Of a stretch of DNA of 64,000 nucleotides, positions 46,906 to 58,733 are shown one piece after another (the stretch's first letter is position 1; every line of letters starts with the position of its first letter). The translations under genes and the position numbers were made by a program. Under the pieces are notes generated by a model that did no database searches, was not told where the DNA came from, and saw only the letters and a program-made list of their open reading frames with translations. Origin of the DNA: Folioceros fuciformis (lineage: Eukaryota). The stretch spans positions 139,775 to 203,774 of the forward strand of contig JBNGIO010006303.1 in assembly GCA_049999805.1 (NCBI GenBank), read 5' to 3'.

Positions 46906-49900
46906 CTAAGCATCTGGATTCTTCACTAATCCCATGGCGGCTGAGAGTTTCTCATGCTTCTCCCAAGGTAGTGCTTTAGTGAGCATGTCATCTAGGTTCT
47001 CATGAGTAGAGACATATTGGAGAGTGTCTTGTCCCTCTGCAATGACCTGCCTCATGAAACGATGCTTAATTTCTATGTGCTTTGTGCGAGCATGCAGCAT
47101 TGGGCTTTGTGATAGGGCTATGGCTGACTGATTGTCACTTAGGAGGACTGTTGGTTGTGTCTAGGGTTCTCCAAGAGATGCCATTAGTTCCCTTCCATGA
47201 ATTATGTCATGTGCTGCTGTTGTGGTTGCAATGTACTCCGCTTCCGTGGAGGACAAAGCCACCACCTGTTGCTTCTTTGAATGCCATGCTATGATTGTAG
47301 AATCTCCTGCATCCCTTCCTAGCATTAGGCAATGAGCAGAGATTGACTTCCTACTATCTATATTCGCTGCCCAGTCAGCATCACAGTAGTAGGTTAGTAG
47401 CAGGCTCTTCGGTCTTTGCTTGTATAGCAGTCCAAGGTTGGATGTGCCCACCAGGTATTGGAAGATCTATTGGACAACATTCCAATGAGCAGTACCATAG
47501 TTGGAGAGAAACTGTGAGGTCACTCCCACTGAATGTGCAAGATCGGGTCTGGTCCAGTTCCTGAAGTAGATGCAAACTCCCACTGCAGGCCTGTATGGCA
47601 CCTTCTCCATCTCAAGTCTTTCGGCTTACGTCTTAGGACATTGTTCTAGAGTCAACTTCTCACCTGCCACCATTGGTGTTGATGCAGGCTTGGCATCCTG
47701 GAGCCTAAAACGTGCAAGCACTTGTGCTACAAACTGTGCTTGGTGTATGAAGATGATGTGCCTAGACAAGTTCTGGTGGATGTGGATTCCAAGAAAGAAT
47801 GCTAATTGACCAAGGTCTGTCATGGAGAACTCGGCTGTGAGGAATCCTTTTACTTTTGCCATATGTTGCGGGCTACTTGCTATGATAATTGCATCATCTA
47901 CGTACAGGGCAAGGTAGACAACGCCATTGCTATCATGCAACTTCTAGACATTGGAGTCTGCTTGACTTTGCTCAAATCCACACTTTTTCAGGTATGTATC
48001 TATCCTTTTATACCACGCTTGTGGTGACTGCTTGAGTCCATAGATAGTTTTCACTAATCTACATACCTTTTGTGGATGCGCAGGGTCTACATGGCCTTCT
48101 GGTTGCTTCATGAAGATTGTCTCTTTTAGATTTCCATTGAGGAAAGCAGTCTTTACATCCATGTGCTGAAGCATATAGTCATGTTGAGCTGCAATTGCTA
48201 GAAGAGCTCGAATTGAAGTAGCACGTACCACAGGTGAGAAGGTCTATGTGTAGTCAAGACCTTCCACCTGACTGTAGCCACGAGCAACCAGTCTAGCTTT
48301 AAATCTGCCAATAGTACCATCCGCTCCCAATTTTCAGTATTGTCTTGGACTGAAACTTCTTGTGTTGTTTCTCCATCAAGGGTTTCATCATCTGGAAAAT
48401 CAGATGGCTTCTCATTGAAGTCAATCTCTACAGGTTGTGTAGACTGAGTAGGGTTTAGGGTTGAAACACTTGTGTGTTGAGAGGAAGTGGACTCTAGTAG
48501 GGATACTTCAGAGTCTTGACCGTTTTCAGATATCTGCTGAATAACTTGGTCTAGCAAACCTCAACTTGTGGATGGATTGAGCAAAAGCTGCTCGTTGAAG
48601 ATGACACTGCGTGCATGGATGGTAGACCGGGTGTTTGGGTCAAAAAGCTTGTAACCCTTAATCCCTTCTATGTATCCTACAAAGACATACTTCTTGGCTT
48701 TGTAATCTAACTTGACACGTTGTTTTCCACTCAGGTGTGCATAGGCTAGGGAACCAAAGATCCTCAAATAATTTATGCGGGGTCTATGACTGGTCCAACG
48801 TTGAAAAGGAGTGGCTCCAGCATAAGCAGAGGTAGGGACTCTATTCTTGATGTAGACAGCAGTAGCAATTACTTATCCCCAATAGGATCTTGGTAACCCT
48901 GCAAGTTTTAGCATCGCCTTGGCTTGTTCCTGCAAATGCTTGTTGGTTAGCTCAACCAAAGGGTTCTACGAGGAAGTGTATGGCACTGTAAATTGTCGTG
49001 CTATTCCCTGGTCCTCGCAGTAAGCCTTAAACTCGTTGGAGGTATACTCCCCTCCATTGTCACTGCGTAGAGCCTTGAGTTGCTCCCCAGTTTGACGCTG
49101 AGCAAAAGTGACGAACTCCTGGAAGCAGCCAAGGGTCTCACTCTTTTGTTTGATCAAGTAGATTATGGTGTACCTGCTCCAGTCATCTATGAAAGAAAGG
49201 AAGTACATGGATCCACCAAGAGAAGGGGTGGACATGGGTCCACAAAGATCCAAATGCACAAGCTCCAGAAGTTTAGTGGCTCTGGTGGGGTTTTTATCCT
49301 TGTAGGGAAGGCAGTGGTGCTTCCCGAAGATGCATGCTTCATTGTTGGTTGCAGGATTGAAGCATGAAGTTTTCCTGATACAGGGAGTTGCTAGCCACCA
49401 TACTCTTGAGCTTGTCAAAGTTCACATGCCCTAGCTGGCAATGCCACAACATAGTCTCCTCCTTCTTCTTAATGTCTTGGGTGACATTGACATGTGCAGT
49501 GGAGGGTTTTTGACTAAGCTTTGATGTGATGTTCAAGTGGTACAGGTCATGAAGAGGTGTGCCCTTAGCTAAGACCTTGTTCTTATACAGTGGATCAGTG
49601 ATGACCCAGTGAAGGCCAAAGAAGGATACCTCTAAGACATTTTGTGTTGTAAGCTTACAAACATAAACAAGGTTCTTCTTCATTGAAGGGACATGTAGTA
49701 CATCTAACAAGTGAAGGGTCATTCTGTCTGATAGAAGGACAGGCACTGTGCCTATGCCCTCTATGTGCAGCCCACTGTCATCGCCTAGTAAGACAAATTG
49801 ACCATGTGAAACTGTCCTATACTCAAAGAAGGAATTCTTGGAATGGCAAATATGTGCAAATGCACCTGAATCTATAAACCAGGCGTGTTTGTGTGACACT

Positions 49901-50855
49901 GTGGACACCATGCATACAGCTAGGATTGTGTTGCCCTTATGCTGTACAATTTTTGATTCTACTGGAGTCGTCCTTCTCGGCTCTCCAGACTTTTTCTTTC
50001 TACAGTCTGCCTCCCAGTGGCCGAGGATTAGGCACCAATTGTAGGGCCCCTTCTTCTTTGTAGAAGTTGTTGGTCGCTTCTTATTGTTGTTATTGTTGTT
50101 TTGCCAAGGCTGACGAGGTGGTTGTCTCTTAGGGCCCCTAGTTGCGTAGAGCGCCATGTTGGAGGATTCTCCCCTGAGGGAGGTACCACTCCTGCTTGCT
50201 TTGCGTGTGGATTCTTCCTCGAGAAGACATCCAATCACCTCTGAGAGAGTAACAGCGGGGACCTGACCTGCTGCAACAGCTTGAGCTATGTTTCGAAGGG
50301 AAGCATTTTTATTGCATACAAAAGTTCTGTAACTTCCTGGTAGAGAGAGAAGCAGAGCCACTACTGCTTGCATTTCAGTTGTTTTTGTCCCGCTGGAGGA
50401 TAGCCTGGATCTCAAGGTCCTGAACCTTATCACATGCTGCTCAACTGAATCAGTCTCCCTCATCTTGCATTATAAAAGTCTCTTGTGGCACTCGCCATGG
50501 AGGTACCGTTTGTCACTTGATAAACTTGGACAAGAGAATCCCATGCAGCTTTAGTAGATTCTGCGTCGTGGGTATGATACATCATACTTCTATCTAAAGC
50601 AAACTTTATGACACCAATAGCTCTCAAGTCTAATTTAACCCATGCATCTATATCAGCTTGTGGGGAGCCTAGAAGAGGCCTAGGCGATGCACCCGTGACT
50701 ACATCCCATAAATCATGCTCTTTTAAAATAGTTTGAACTCTTAAAGACCAAATGTCAAATTGAGAGCCCGTGAACCTATCTCTCTCCTTGAAATCAATTT
50801 TTAGGTTATGCACGGTGGTGTTGTGAGTCACGGTTTGGGGTTGCTGATGAGCCAT
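46906..50855 (-). pseudogene. Copia gag-pol of element B, with many stops/frameshifts and a deletion at the integrase-RT junction (~48340)
   Basis: KIDFKERDRFTGSQFDIW, GHWEADCRKKK, WFIDSGA, LRSDNGGEY, MDVKTAFLNG, LYVDD, DADWA, ARTKHIEIKH. RT starts abruptly at KLGADGTIGRFKARL without the EPxSYKEA..TWELV block seen in element A. Confidence 0.95.
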
Positions 50856-51229
50856 GTTTGAGATCACTATGTGTAATGCTCTGGTGTCATGTGCTACAGA
50901 GAATGCATGTGCTAGGTGCGCTAGCTGTGCGGCTTGAAGGTTGAAGGTGGCTAAGGTGGAGCTACCTTGCGATTTTGGACTTTGTGGAGAAAAGGACTTG
51001 GATTGAGGTCAAGAGGATCTACTGGGAGATGCACGCCTCTTCCGACACCATGGCCACGACCACGACCTCTGCCGCATTGGCTCCTTCCTCCTCTTGCTCC
51101 AGAGCCATGTGATATCCACCAGGCATGCTACAGCGGCAGCCGCACCTCCTCTTCTAGAGCTAAGAGCTGTTGGACGTGCTTTGGGAAGATCTCCTCCATG
51201 GCTTGAATCATCTTGTCCAAGTCTGTCCT

Positions 51230-51808
51230 CTAGTCTTTGGGTTTTTCGTGAGCCGGGGCTGTCGTGGATGGCGCAGGTCTTGCCGGCACTAGGGTTGCGC
51301 CGCGTGGGAGCAGGTGTGGCTGCTGCTGCTTCTTCACGAAATGTTGATCCAGGTCTGACTCTTGTGCAAGTGCAAAGACTGGCCCAGATAGGCTACTGAT
51401 CAAATGTAAGAGGCAGTTGATGTGCTTGGTTTGTGCTTCAACTTTGTGAGTCAGGTGAGCGACTTGCTGCCTGGTTTGGACAAGCTGCGACTTCACGAGA
51501 TCATAAACTTCTGTGGAGACATGGTCTGGCGGACGGAAGCATGCATTCAGATTGCAGGTGTGGCAGGTTGCTGAACGGGCAGCCAGCGGGTGTGAGAGAG
51601 AAATGTCTTGTGCATTTGCTATCTCTTGTCTAATCGGCCTGCGCAGGTTCAGTAGGGGATTTGGCTGTGGATAGGGTCTGTGCAAGGGTGTGCACTGTGT
51701 GTGTGCAGGGACACGGACTGGATTGGACGCAAAGAAATTGATGCGTTTGTGTTGTGACTCCACGGTTTCCCCTGTCTGCCTGCGAAAGGATCTGAATGCT
51801 GGTTTCTC
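51230..51808 (-). pseudogene. Upstream extra ORF (ORF0) of element B, sense to gag; true start uncertain, may extend to the ATG at 52020
   Basis: 177-aa track ORF is open upstream to a TAG at ~51810. CHTC motif followed by a heptad-like helix; homologous to 1689-2174. Confidence 0.72.
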
Positions 51809-52036
51809 CTACTTCTTGGTCTCGGCATAGCGCTGTATGATCATGTGTAGTAATGCTCTATAGCAGCGGCGAGGAATACATCTGCCATGCTACCAAAACG
51901 GGTGAGGGCTGCTTTGAGACCAGAAACTACTACTATGAATTTATCATAGAAGAGATTGTTAATGAAATTCGTGCTCTGGGAGGCCTCACAAATTTCTGGT
52001 GGCACGGCAGGATCCATTATGCTAGCTTTGATACCA

Positions 52037-52285
52037 TAAAGAACTAGTTGTAGGATCGACAGATGTTGAGAATCAAGAAGGCACAAGAGAAAAAAAACTA
52101 ATTAATTATTGTTAGGGCCATATGGCCTTATAAAGGGTAGAGGCCTCGGTTTGTGGTGCCCCTAAAATGTGTCGTTTTGATTCAGGTCACGACCTTACGT
52201 CGCACCCCTAATAATTTAGCGTTTCGCTTAATTAAATAAAGTCTGATTAATAAATACTGGATAAATAATCCTAGCTCTATCTATA
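52037..52285 (-). repeat. 5' LTR of element B (249 bp)
   Basis: Minus strand reads TATAGATAG...GTTCTTTA, immediately followed by the PBS. Confidence 0.95.
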
Positions 52286-52648
52286 GTCCAGCAGGGTTTG
52301 TTGATAGGAGGTCTTGTTGTGTTCGGACATTCCCACAAAATAGCCCTCATCTACAAGTAGGTTGAAGGTATGTAACACCTTCGTGGATGGTCCAACTAGT
52401 GGGTCTATTTTCGGTCCTGGTGGGAAGTTACAAAGTTGCCCGACTCTCCATCACTAACGTCGATGACAACGCTAGAGAAAAGTGTGTGGTAGACCATGTT
52501 TTGCCTCTGTTCTCCAATCCTCTCAGCATATACATGGATGTGGAGCCCATTAGTGTGTGCGGTAGACCATGTTTTGCCTCCGTTCTTCAATCCTCTCAGC
52601 ATATACATGGATGTGGAGCCCATTAGAGTGTGCGGTAGACCATGTTTT

Positions 52649-55600
52649 TGTAGGGTTATTAAAGCCCAATGTGCTTAGACTAATGTGTTTAGTCTAAGAT
52701 TAGTGTCTGGTTAAGTATCATTAGCTTAGATTAGCTTAAGCTAATCTATAGGAAGCGTCTTGCGCAGCTTGCTTCCTATGCGCTTCTTGTGAAGCTTTCT
52801 AGGGAGCTCTTCTAGAGGGTATAAATACCCCCTTGAGCTCCTTTGCATATTGAGACCTTTTGTGAGAGTGTAACCTCTCTTTCTCCTCTCCTCCTTGCCT
52901 CCTCTTGTCCTCTCTTTCACCATGCTCTTCTAGCGATCCTTCAAGTGGTATCTGAGCTTGGTTGTGGAGCTTGGATTGTGGAGCAAGGATGATAGGCTCG
53001 GGTTGCTGCGGAAAAGGTGCACAAGTGGGCTTCGGAGTGAGCACGCTGCTGGGTGCAAGGATCTCAGCGTAGAGAAGGAGCCGAAGCCGGGGACCCGGAC
53101 ATGAACACAGAGGGCGCAAGGGCACCAGCTCTGCGCGCGGGGATGAGCAGGCCCCAGCCCCCGGGGCTACGCAGACGCCGAGAGCAAGGGTGTGCACGCC
53201 GAACTAACCCCGACCGCGGAAGTCAGGATCCCGATCAGACGCCGAGAGCAAGGGTGTGCGCGCCGAACTAACCCCGACCGCAGAAGTCAGGATCCCGATC
53301 AGACGACGAGAGACATTCCAGTTGTGAGCGACCAAGGCCCAAGTTGTGGAAGTTTGATTCGGAACATGTTGTGAGGGTAACTTTTAGAATCTACATTGCA
53401 TTCCGACTGTTTTCTATCTAGCCTTTAGCTTCATTTGCATCGATTTTGAAACATGGCATCCTCAGAAAATGTCATGTTCAATATCGAGAAGTTAGATGGT
53501 ACTAACTTCCCGTTCTGGAAAGAACAAGTGTATAATGTTCTAGTACAAAAGAAGCAGATCAAGCTCATAAAGCTGCTAGGAGTGAAACCCGTTAGCATGA
53601 CTCAAGATGAGTGGCAGGACCTAGATGAGCTTGCTAGGTCTACCATCATGCTAACATTGTCGAAGTCGGTCTACTTCAACGTGAAACTAGCTAACGTCCA
53701 CAAGGTACGAGCTATGGCAAAAGTTGTGTGACTTGTACGAGAAGCAAAGTGCGGCTTCTTAGGTGTATTGGTTGAAACGACTGGTGGACTTGAAGATGAA
53801 GGAAGGGACGAGGATGTCTGATCATCTGAATGAGTTTAATGCCATTTTCAGCCAGCTCTCATCTCAAGGTATCTCGTTCCCAGATTCCAAGAGAGGTATG
53901 TTTCTGTTGCTCACATTACTAGAGAGCTGAGACACCTTTCGTACAGCTTTGAGTAATTCCGCTCCTGCCAATGGTCTTACTGTTGTAAATGTAGAAGGTA
54001 GCTTGATAACAAAGGAGATGAACAGGAAGAATATGGAACCTTCGAAAGGTTCCAATGCCCTCATGGTGAGAGGAAGGTCCACTTCAAAGGGGAAGGACAA
54101 GGAGTGAAGTCGTTCCCGTAGTAAGTCTCGTAGTCGTAACAATGTTGAGTGTTACCATTGTCACAAGAAGGGACACATCAGAAGGGACTGCGAGAAGTTC
54201 AAGAAGGACAAAGGCAAAGAGAAGAAGCAGAGCGACAACAAGGCAAGTCTGAGTGTCAAGTGTGACGAGGTGAACTCTGTTGATGATGGAGATGTTCTTA
54301 CTTCTTCTTCCTTTGATTCTGCACAACTAACAGCCGTAGAGAGTCACTTATTCTCTAATTGGATAATTGACTTTGGAGCATCTTTCCATGTTACTCCGCA
54401 TAGGGAGTGGTTTAGCACATATGATGCTACCAGGAAAGGATGTGTTCGGCTTGGAAATAACTACGCATGCGAGATTGCAGGCGTTGGTGATGTGTAGCTG
54501 AAGTTCGACAATGGATCTTCATTCGTACTGAAGGATGTTAGGCATGTTCCGAAGTTGACCAAAAGCATGATTAGCGCAGGGCAGTTGGATGACGCTGGCT
54601 ACCACTGTTTGTTTGGAGATCGTTCTTGGAAGATCTCCAAAGGTTCTCTTGTGTTAGCTCGTGGATCGAAGTGTAGCACTTTGTACTCACTTCAGGTAAC
54701 CACTGTCCAGGATCATGTGATTTGTGTAACGGAACAGCCAAGTGTTTCCTTGTGGCGTAGTCGGTTAGGACATATGTCTCAAAAGGGACTGAAGATCCTA
54801 TCTCGTTTTGGTTACGTCCCTGCTTTTGACTTCTCCGATTTCTCCGTGTGTGAGCACTGTTTGTATGGGAAATAGACGAAGTCACCACATGGAGCAAGAG
54901 GTAAACACAGAAGTAAACCTCTTGAGTTGGTTCACAGTAACGTTTGTGGACTTATGCCCACAGTATCGTTAGGCGGTGCATCCTATTTTGTCACTTTCAT
55001 TGATGACTTCTCGTGCAAGGTGTGGGTTTATCCTTTGAGGAAACAGGATGATGTTCTGACAGTGTTTTAGAAATTCGTCACACTTGTGGAGAATCAGTCT
55101 GGCCTTCGGCTAAAGTGTCTGAGGACAGACAATGGGGGAGAGTATGTCTCGATGGCTTTCCAGTCATTCTGTGATTCCAAGGGAATCAAGAGAGAACTGA
55201 CTGCGCCGTATACTCCTCCCGAGAATGGTGTGGCCGAACGGATGAACAGGATCATCCAGGAGAAGATGCGTAGTTTGTTGTCAAACTTTGGATTGCCTAA
55301 CGGATTTTGGGGAGAAGCAGTGGTTATTGTGGTGCATCTTGTTAACAGATCTCCTAATAGGATTGTGGATAAGCAAGTTCCAGAAGAGATGTGGTCTGGG
55401 AAGAAGCCGTCTTACAAGCATCTACAAGTGTTTGGCTGTGAGGCATACTACCATGTTCTGAAGGAGTTTTAGGACAAGTTGGCTCCTAAGTCAAGAAAAT
55501 GTATTTTTCTTGGCTATGGTGAATTTGGTGAGATGGGATACTGTCTGTGGGATCTAGAGGCCAAGAGGATGGTTCGCAGCAATGATGTGTTCTTCAATGA

Positions 55601-57741
55601 GACCAAGATGCACAAGAAGCCTACTCCAACAGTGGAGGTGCGACGAGTGGTCTTTCAAGAAGATGGATTTAACCGTCTCGCACAGGTTGAACGTTGTGAT
55701 GTGCAGGAATAAGTGCCTCCACTTGTACAAGAGGAGAAAGTGCAACCAGCTCTGGTCGAGGCGCTAGTGCTTCGTAGGTCAGGAAGGATCTCACGTCCTC
55801 CTGACAGGTATGTTGCATCTCTTGATTATGTCATGCTGACGGATTGTGGGGAGCCCTGTTATTACCAAGAGGCCATGTCAGTGACTGACAAGGACAAGTG
55901 GGAGAAGGCGATGCAGTCGCAGATGGATTCGCTCCACAAGAACCAAACTTGAGAGTTGGTTCCGTTGCCTAAGGGCAAGAAGGCGTTGCCATGCAAATGG
56001 GTGTATAAGATGAAGGACATACCCCATTATGGCAAACCCAAGTGTAAGACACAATTGGTTGCTAAAGGTTTTAAGCAACAGCAAGGTATTGACTTTGATG
56101 AGATTTTCTCGCCAGTTGTCAAAATGACCACCTTGCGATGTGTCCTTGGTCTGGTTGCGAGGCACGACATGGAACTTATCCAGATGGATGTGAAGTCAGC
56201 ATTTCTGCATGGTGATCTCCAGGAAGAGGTATACATGCAGCAATCAGAGGGTTTCATTGAGAAGGGCAAAGAAAGTCTAGTGTGCAGGTTAAAGAAGAGC
56301 CTTTATGGTTTGAAGCAGGCACCCAGGGAGTGGTATTTCAAATTCCACTCGTTTACGCTTTCTCAAGGCTACAAACGTAGCGATGAGGATCATTGCCTCT
56401 ATACGAAGCAAGCTAAGGATGGAAGCTTGCTCATTCTAGTTCTATATGAGGATGATATGCTAATTGCTGGGCGTAACAGTGATGAGATTTCAGCGTTGAA
56501 GTCAAAGTTGAATGGTCGCTTTAACATGACAGACTTGGGAGAGGCAAGCCATATTCTTGGCATGCGTATTCGTCGAGACAGACAGAAGCATTTGCTTTAC
56601 TTGTCTCAGAATGAATACATTAACAAGATGCTTCAACGTTTCAATATGGAGAAGGGGAAGGTATTGAGTACTTCGTTGCCTCCATATGTAAAGCTTTCGA
56701 GCAAAGATTGCCCAAGCTCTGCGGAAGACAAAGCTGAAATGGAGAAGGTTCCATACTCATCAGCTGTGGGGAGTTTGATGTATGCAATGATTGCCACGCG
56801 TCCTGACATTGCGTTTGCAATGGGAGTGGTTAGCAGGTTTATGTCAAACCCTGGCAGCAAGCATTGGGAGGCAGTGAAAGGAGTTATGAGGTACTTGAAT
56901 GGTACAAAAGCTTTGTGCATATGTTTTGGTAGTGAAGATGCATCTGTCGTGGGATATATGGATGCTGATTATGTAGGGGATATGGACAAAAGGAGGTCCA
57001 CATCCGGTTATGTCTTCATGTGCACCGGAGGGACAGTCTCATGGCAATCGCGTTTGCAATCGTGCATAACGCTATCTACCACAAAGGCCGAGTATGTTGC
57101 AGCGACTGAGGCATGCAAGGAAGCCATGTGGCTTGCTCGTTTAGTGGGAGATTTGAGGATCAAGGTTGAGCTGCCAGTGTTGCATTGTGATAGCCAGAGT
57201 GCTATCCAATTGGCGAAGAATCCAGTGTTTCATGCGAAGACCAAACATGTGGAAGTGAAGTATCACTTCATTCGAGAGGTGTTGGAAGACAAGAGGGTAC
57301 AACTTGTCAAAGTTCACACCAGTCAGAATCCTACAGATGTTCTTACCAAGGGGCTCTCTTCGGAGCAATTCGCACAAGCTCGGACACTCATGGGCATGAG
57401 GTAGACCACTCTCCTATGAAGGTAAATTGGCCTTTAAGGGGGAGGTTGTAGGGTTATTAAAGCCCAATGTGCTTAGACTAATGTGTTTAGTCTAAGATTA
57501 GTGTCTGGTTAAGTATCATTAGCTTAGATTAGCTTAAGCTAATCTATAGGAAGCTTCTTGCACAGCTTGCTTCCTATGCGCTTCTTGTGAAGCTTCCCAG
57601 AGAGCTCTTCTAGAGGGTATAAATACCCCCTTAAGCACCCTTGCATATTGAGATCTTTTATGAGAGTGTGACCTCTCTTTCTCCTCTCCTCCTTGCCTCC
57701 TCTTCTCCTCTCCTTCACTATGCTCCTCTAGCGATCCTTCA
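52649..57741 (+). mobile_element. Full-length Ty1/copia element C with canonical TG..CA LTRs; 5-bp TSD GTTTT
   Basis: 295-bp LTRs at 52649-52943 and 57447-57741. PBS TGGTATCTGAGC at 52946-52957. PPT AAGGGGGAGG at 57436-57445. GTTTT at 52644-52648 and 57742-57746. A 64-bp leader duplication at 53172-53300. Confidence 0.98.
53453..57404 (+). pseudogene. Copia gag-pol of element C, with several stops and frameshifts
   Basis: IEKLDGTNFPFWK, CYHCHKKGHIRRDC, WIIDFGASFH, LRTDNGGEY, MDVKSAFLHG, LYEDD (catalytic motif altered), KTKHVEVKYHFIRE. Confidence 0.96.
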
Positions 57742-58733
57742 GTTTTGCCTCTGTTCTCCAATCCTCTCAGGATATACATGAATGTGGAGCCCTTTAAACC
57801 CCAGTTTGACAATCATTTTCATAATGCCACCCATCATGTTTTTGAACCTTTGTACATGGACAAAGCTCATTAGGTACCTTGCAACTCATTGTAGGCAATT
57901 TCAATGTCCATTCCTAATTGATACTCTTTGCGGCATATGCTTCTCTACTCACATTCCACTCATTTCGTGCATGCCATTTTGCAAGTCTATTAGCATTGCA
58001 TTGTCCCTTGCTTGTTCCAAAAATGCAAGTATCAATCTTCTCCTCCCTTGTCGGATGATTGGGTTCTAAGCATGCTTAGAACCCAAGTTTAGGGTAATCT
58101 TTCCAACCTATTGGTAATGTTTCCAACCTGTTGTTTTTGATCTCCAAAAACATTCCTTGGCTCTTGGCATGCAGCCCCTTGCAATCAAGGAAGGGCAATC
58201 ATTCGTTGGTGGTGGTGTGCTTCTCTCGACTCTCTTTCTCTAGACTCTCTTGCTCTTTGGCCTGTGGTAGGGTATTCTTTCCCACCTGTTGTTCAAGCTC
58301 CCAAAAATTTCATGGGCTCTTGCCTTGTGAAGCTTTAAGCATCTTGTGGATAGTGGATAGTATGTATATTGATTCGGTTATGCCGCGGCTAAAGGGGTCC
58401 CCAACCAGCGGAAAGTAGCCTTGGAGAGCTGATTTTATTTAACAACGTCAACGTGTTCTAGAGGAAAGGCATATCTTTAAATAAAGCATATTTGAATATA
58501 ATTATAATATTAAATTTAAAGCCTTTTTATTTTAAAAATAATTATTTCAGCCGGAAATAATCCTAGACGGTGTTTTCATAGTATGACATAATAGGGTTGT
58601 GGCTTACCAGCCACAACCCTACAAAATATTTCCCGAGTGCTGTGCCTATGCACTAAATGCACAGCTCCGCAAATGGGGTCCTAAGTACGTACGATAGAAG
58701 CCCAAGATGAGGTCGGCGGAGACCTCGGGGACG

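Larger units (their letters stand above)
46101..52285 (-). mobile_element. Full-length Ty1/copia element B with TA...TA LTR termini and two extra ORFs; 5-bp TSD GTCCA
   Basis: LTRs 52037-52285 (5') and 46101-46416 (3'). GTCCA at 46096-46100 and 52286-52290. PBS TGGTATCAAAGC at 52025-52036. PPT AAAAGGGAG next to 46416. Confidence 0.96.
52488..57792. repeat. 73-bp tandem repeat, 3 copies; the third is split by element C
   Basis: ggtagaccatgttttgcctc... starts at 52488, 52561 and 52634; the third copy resumes at 57742. Confidence 0.95.
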
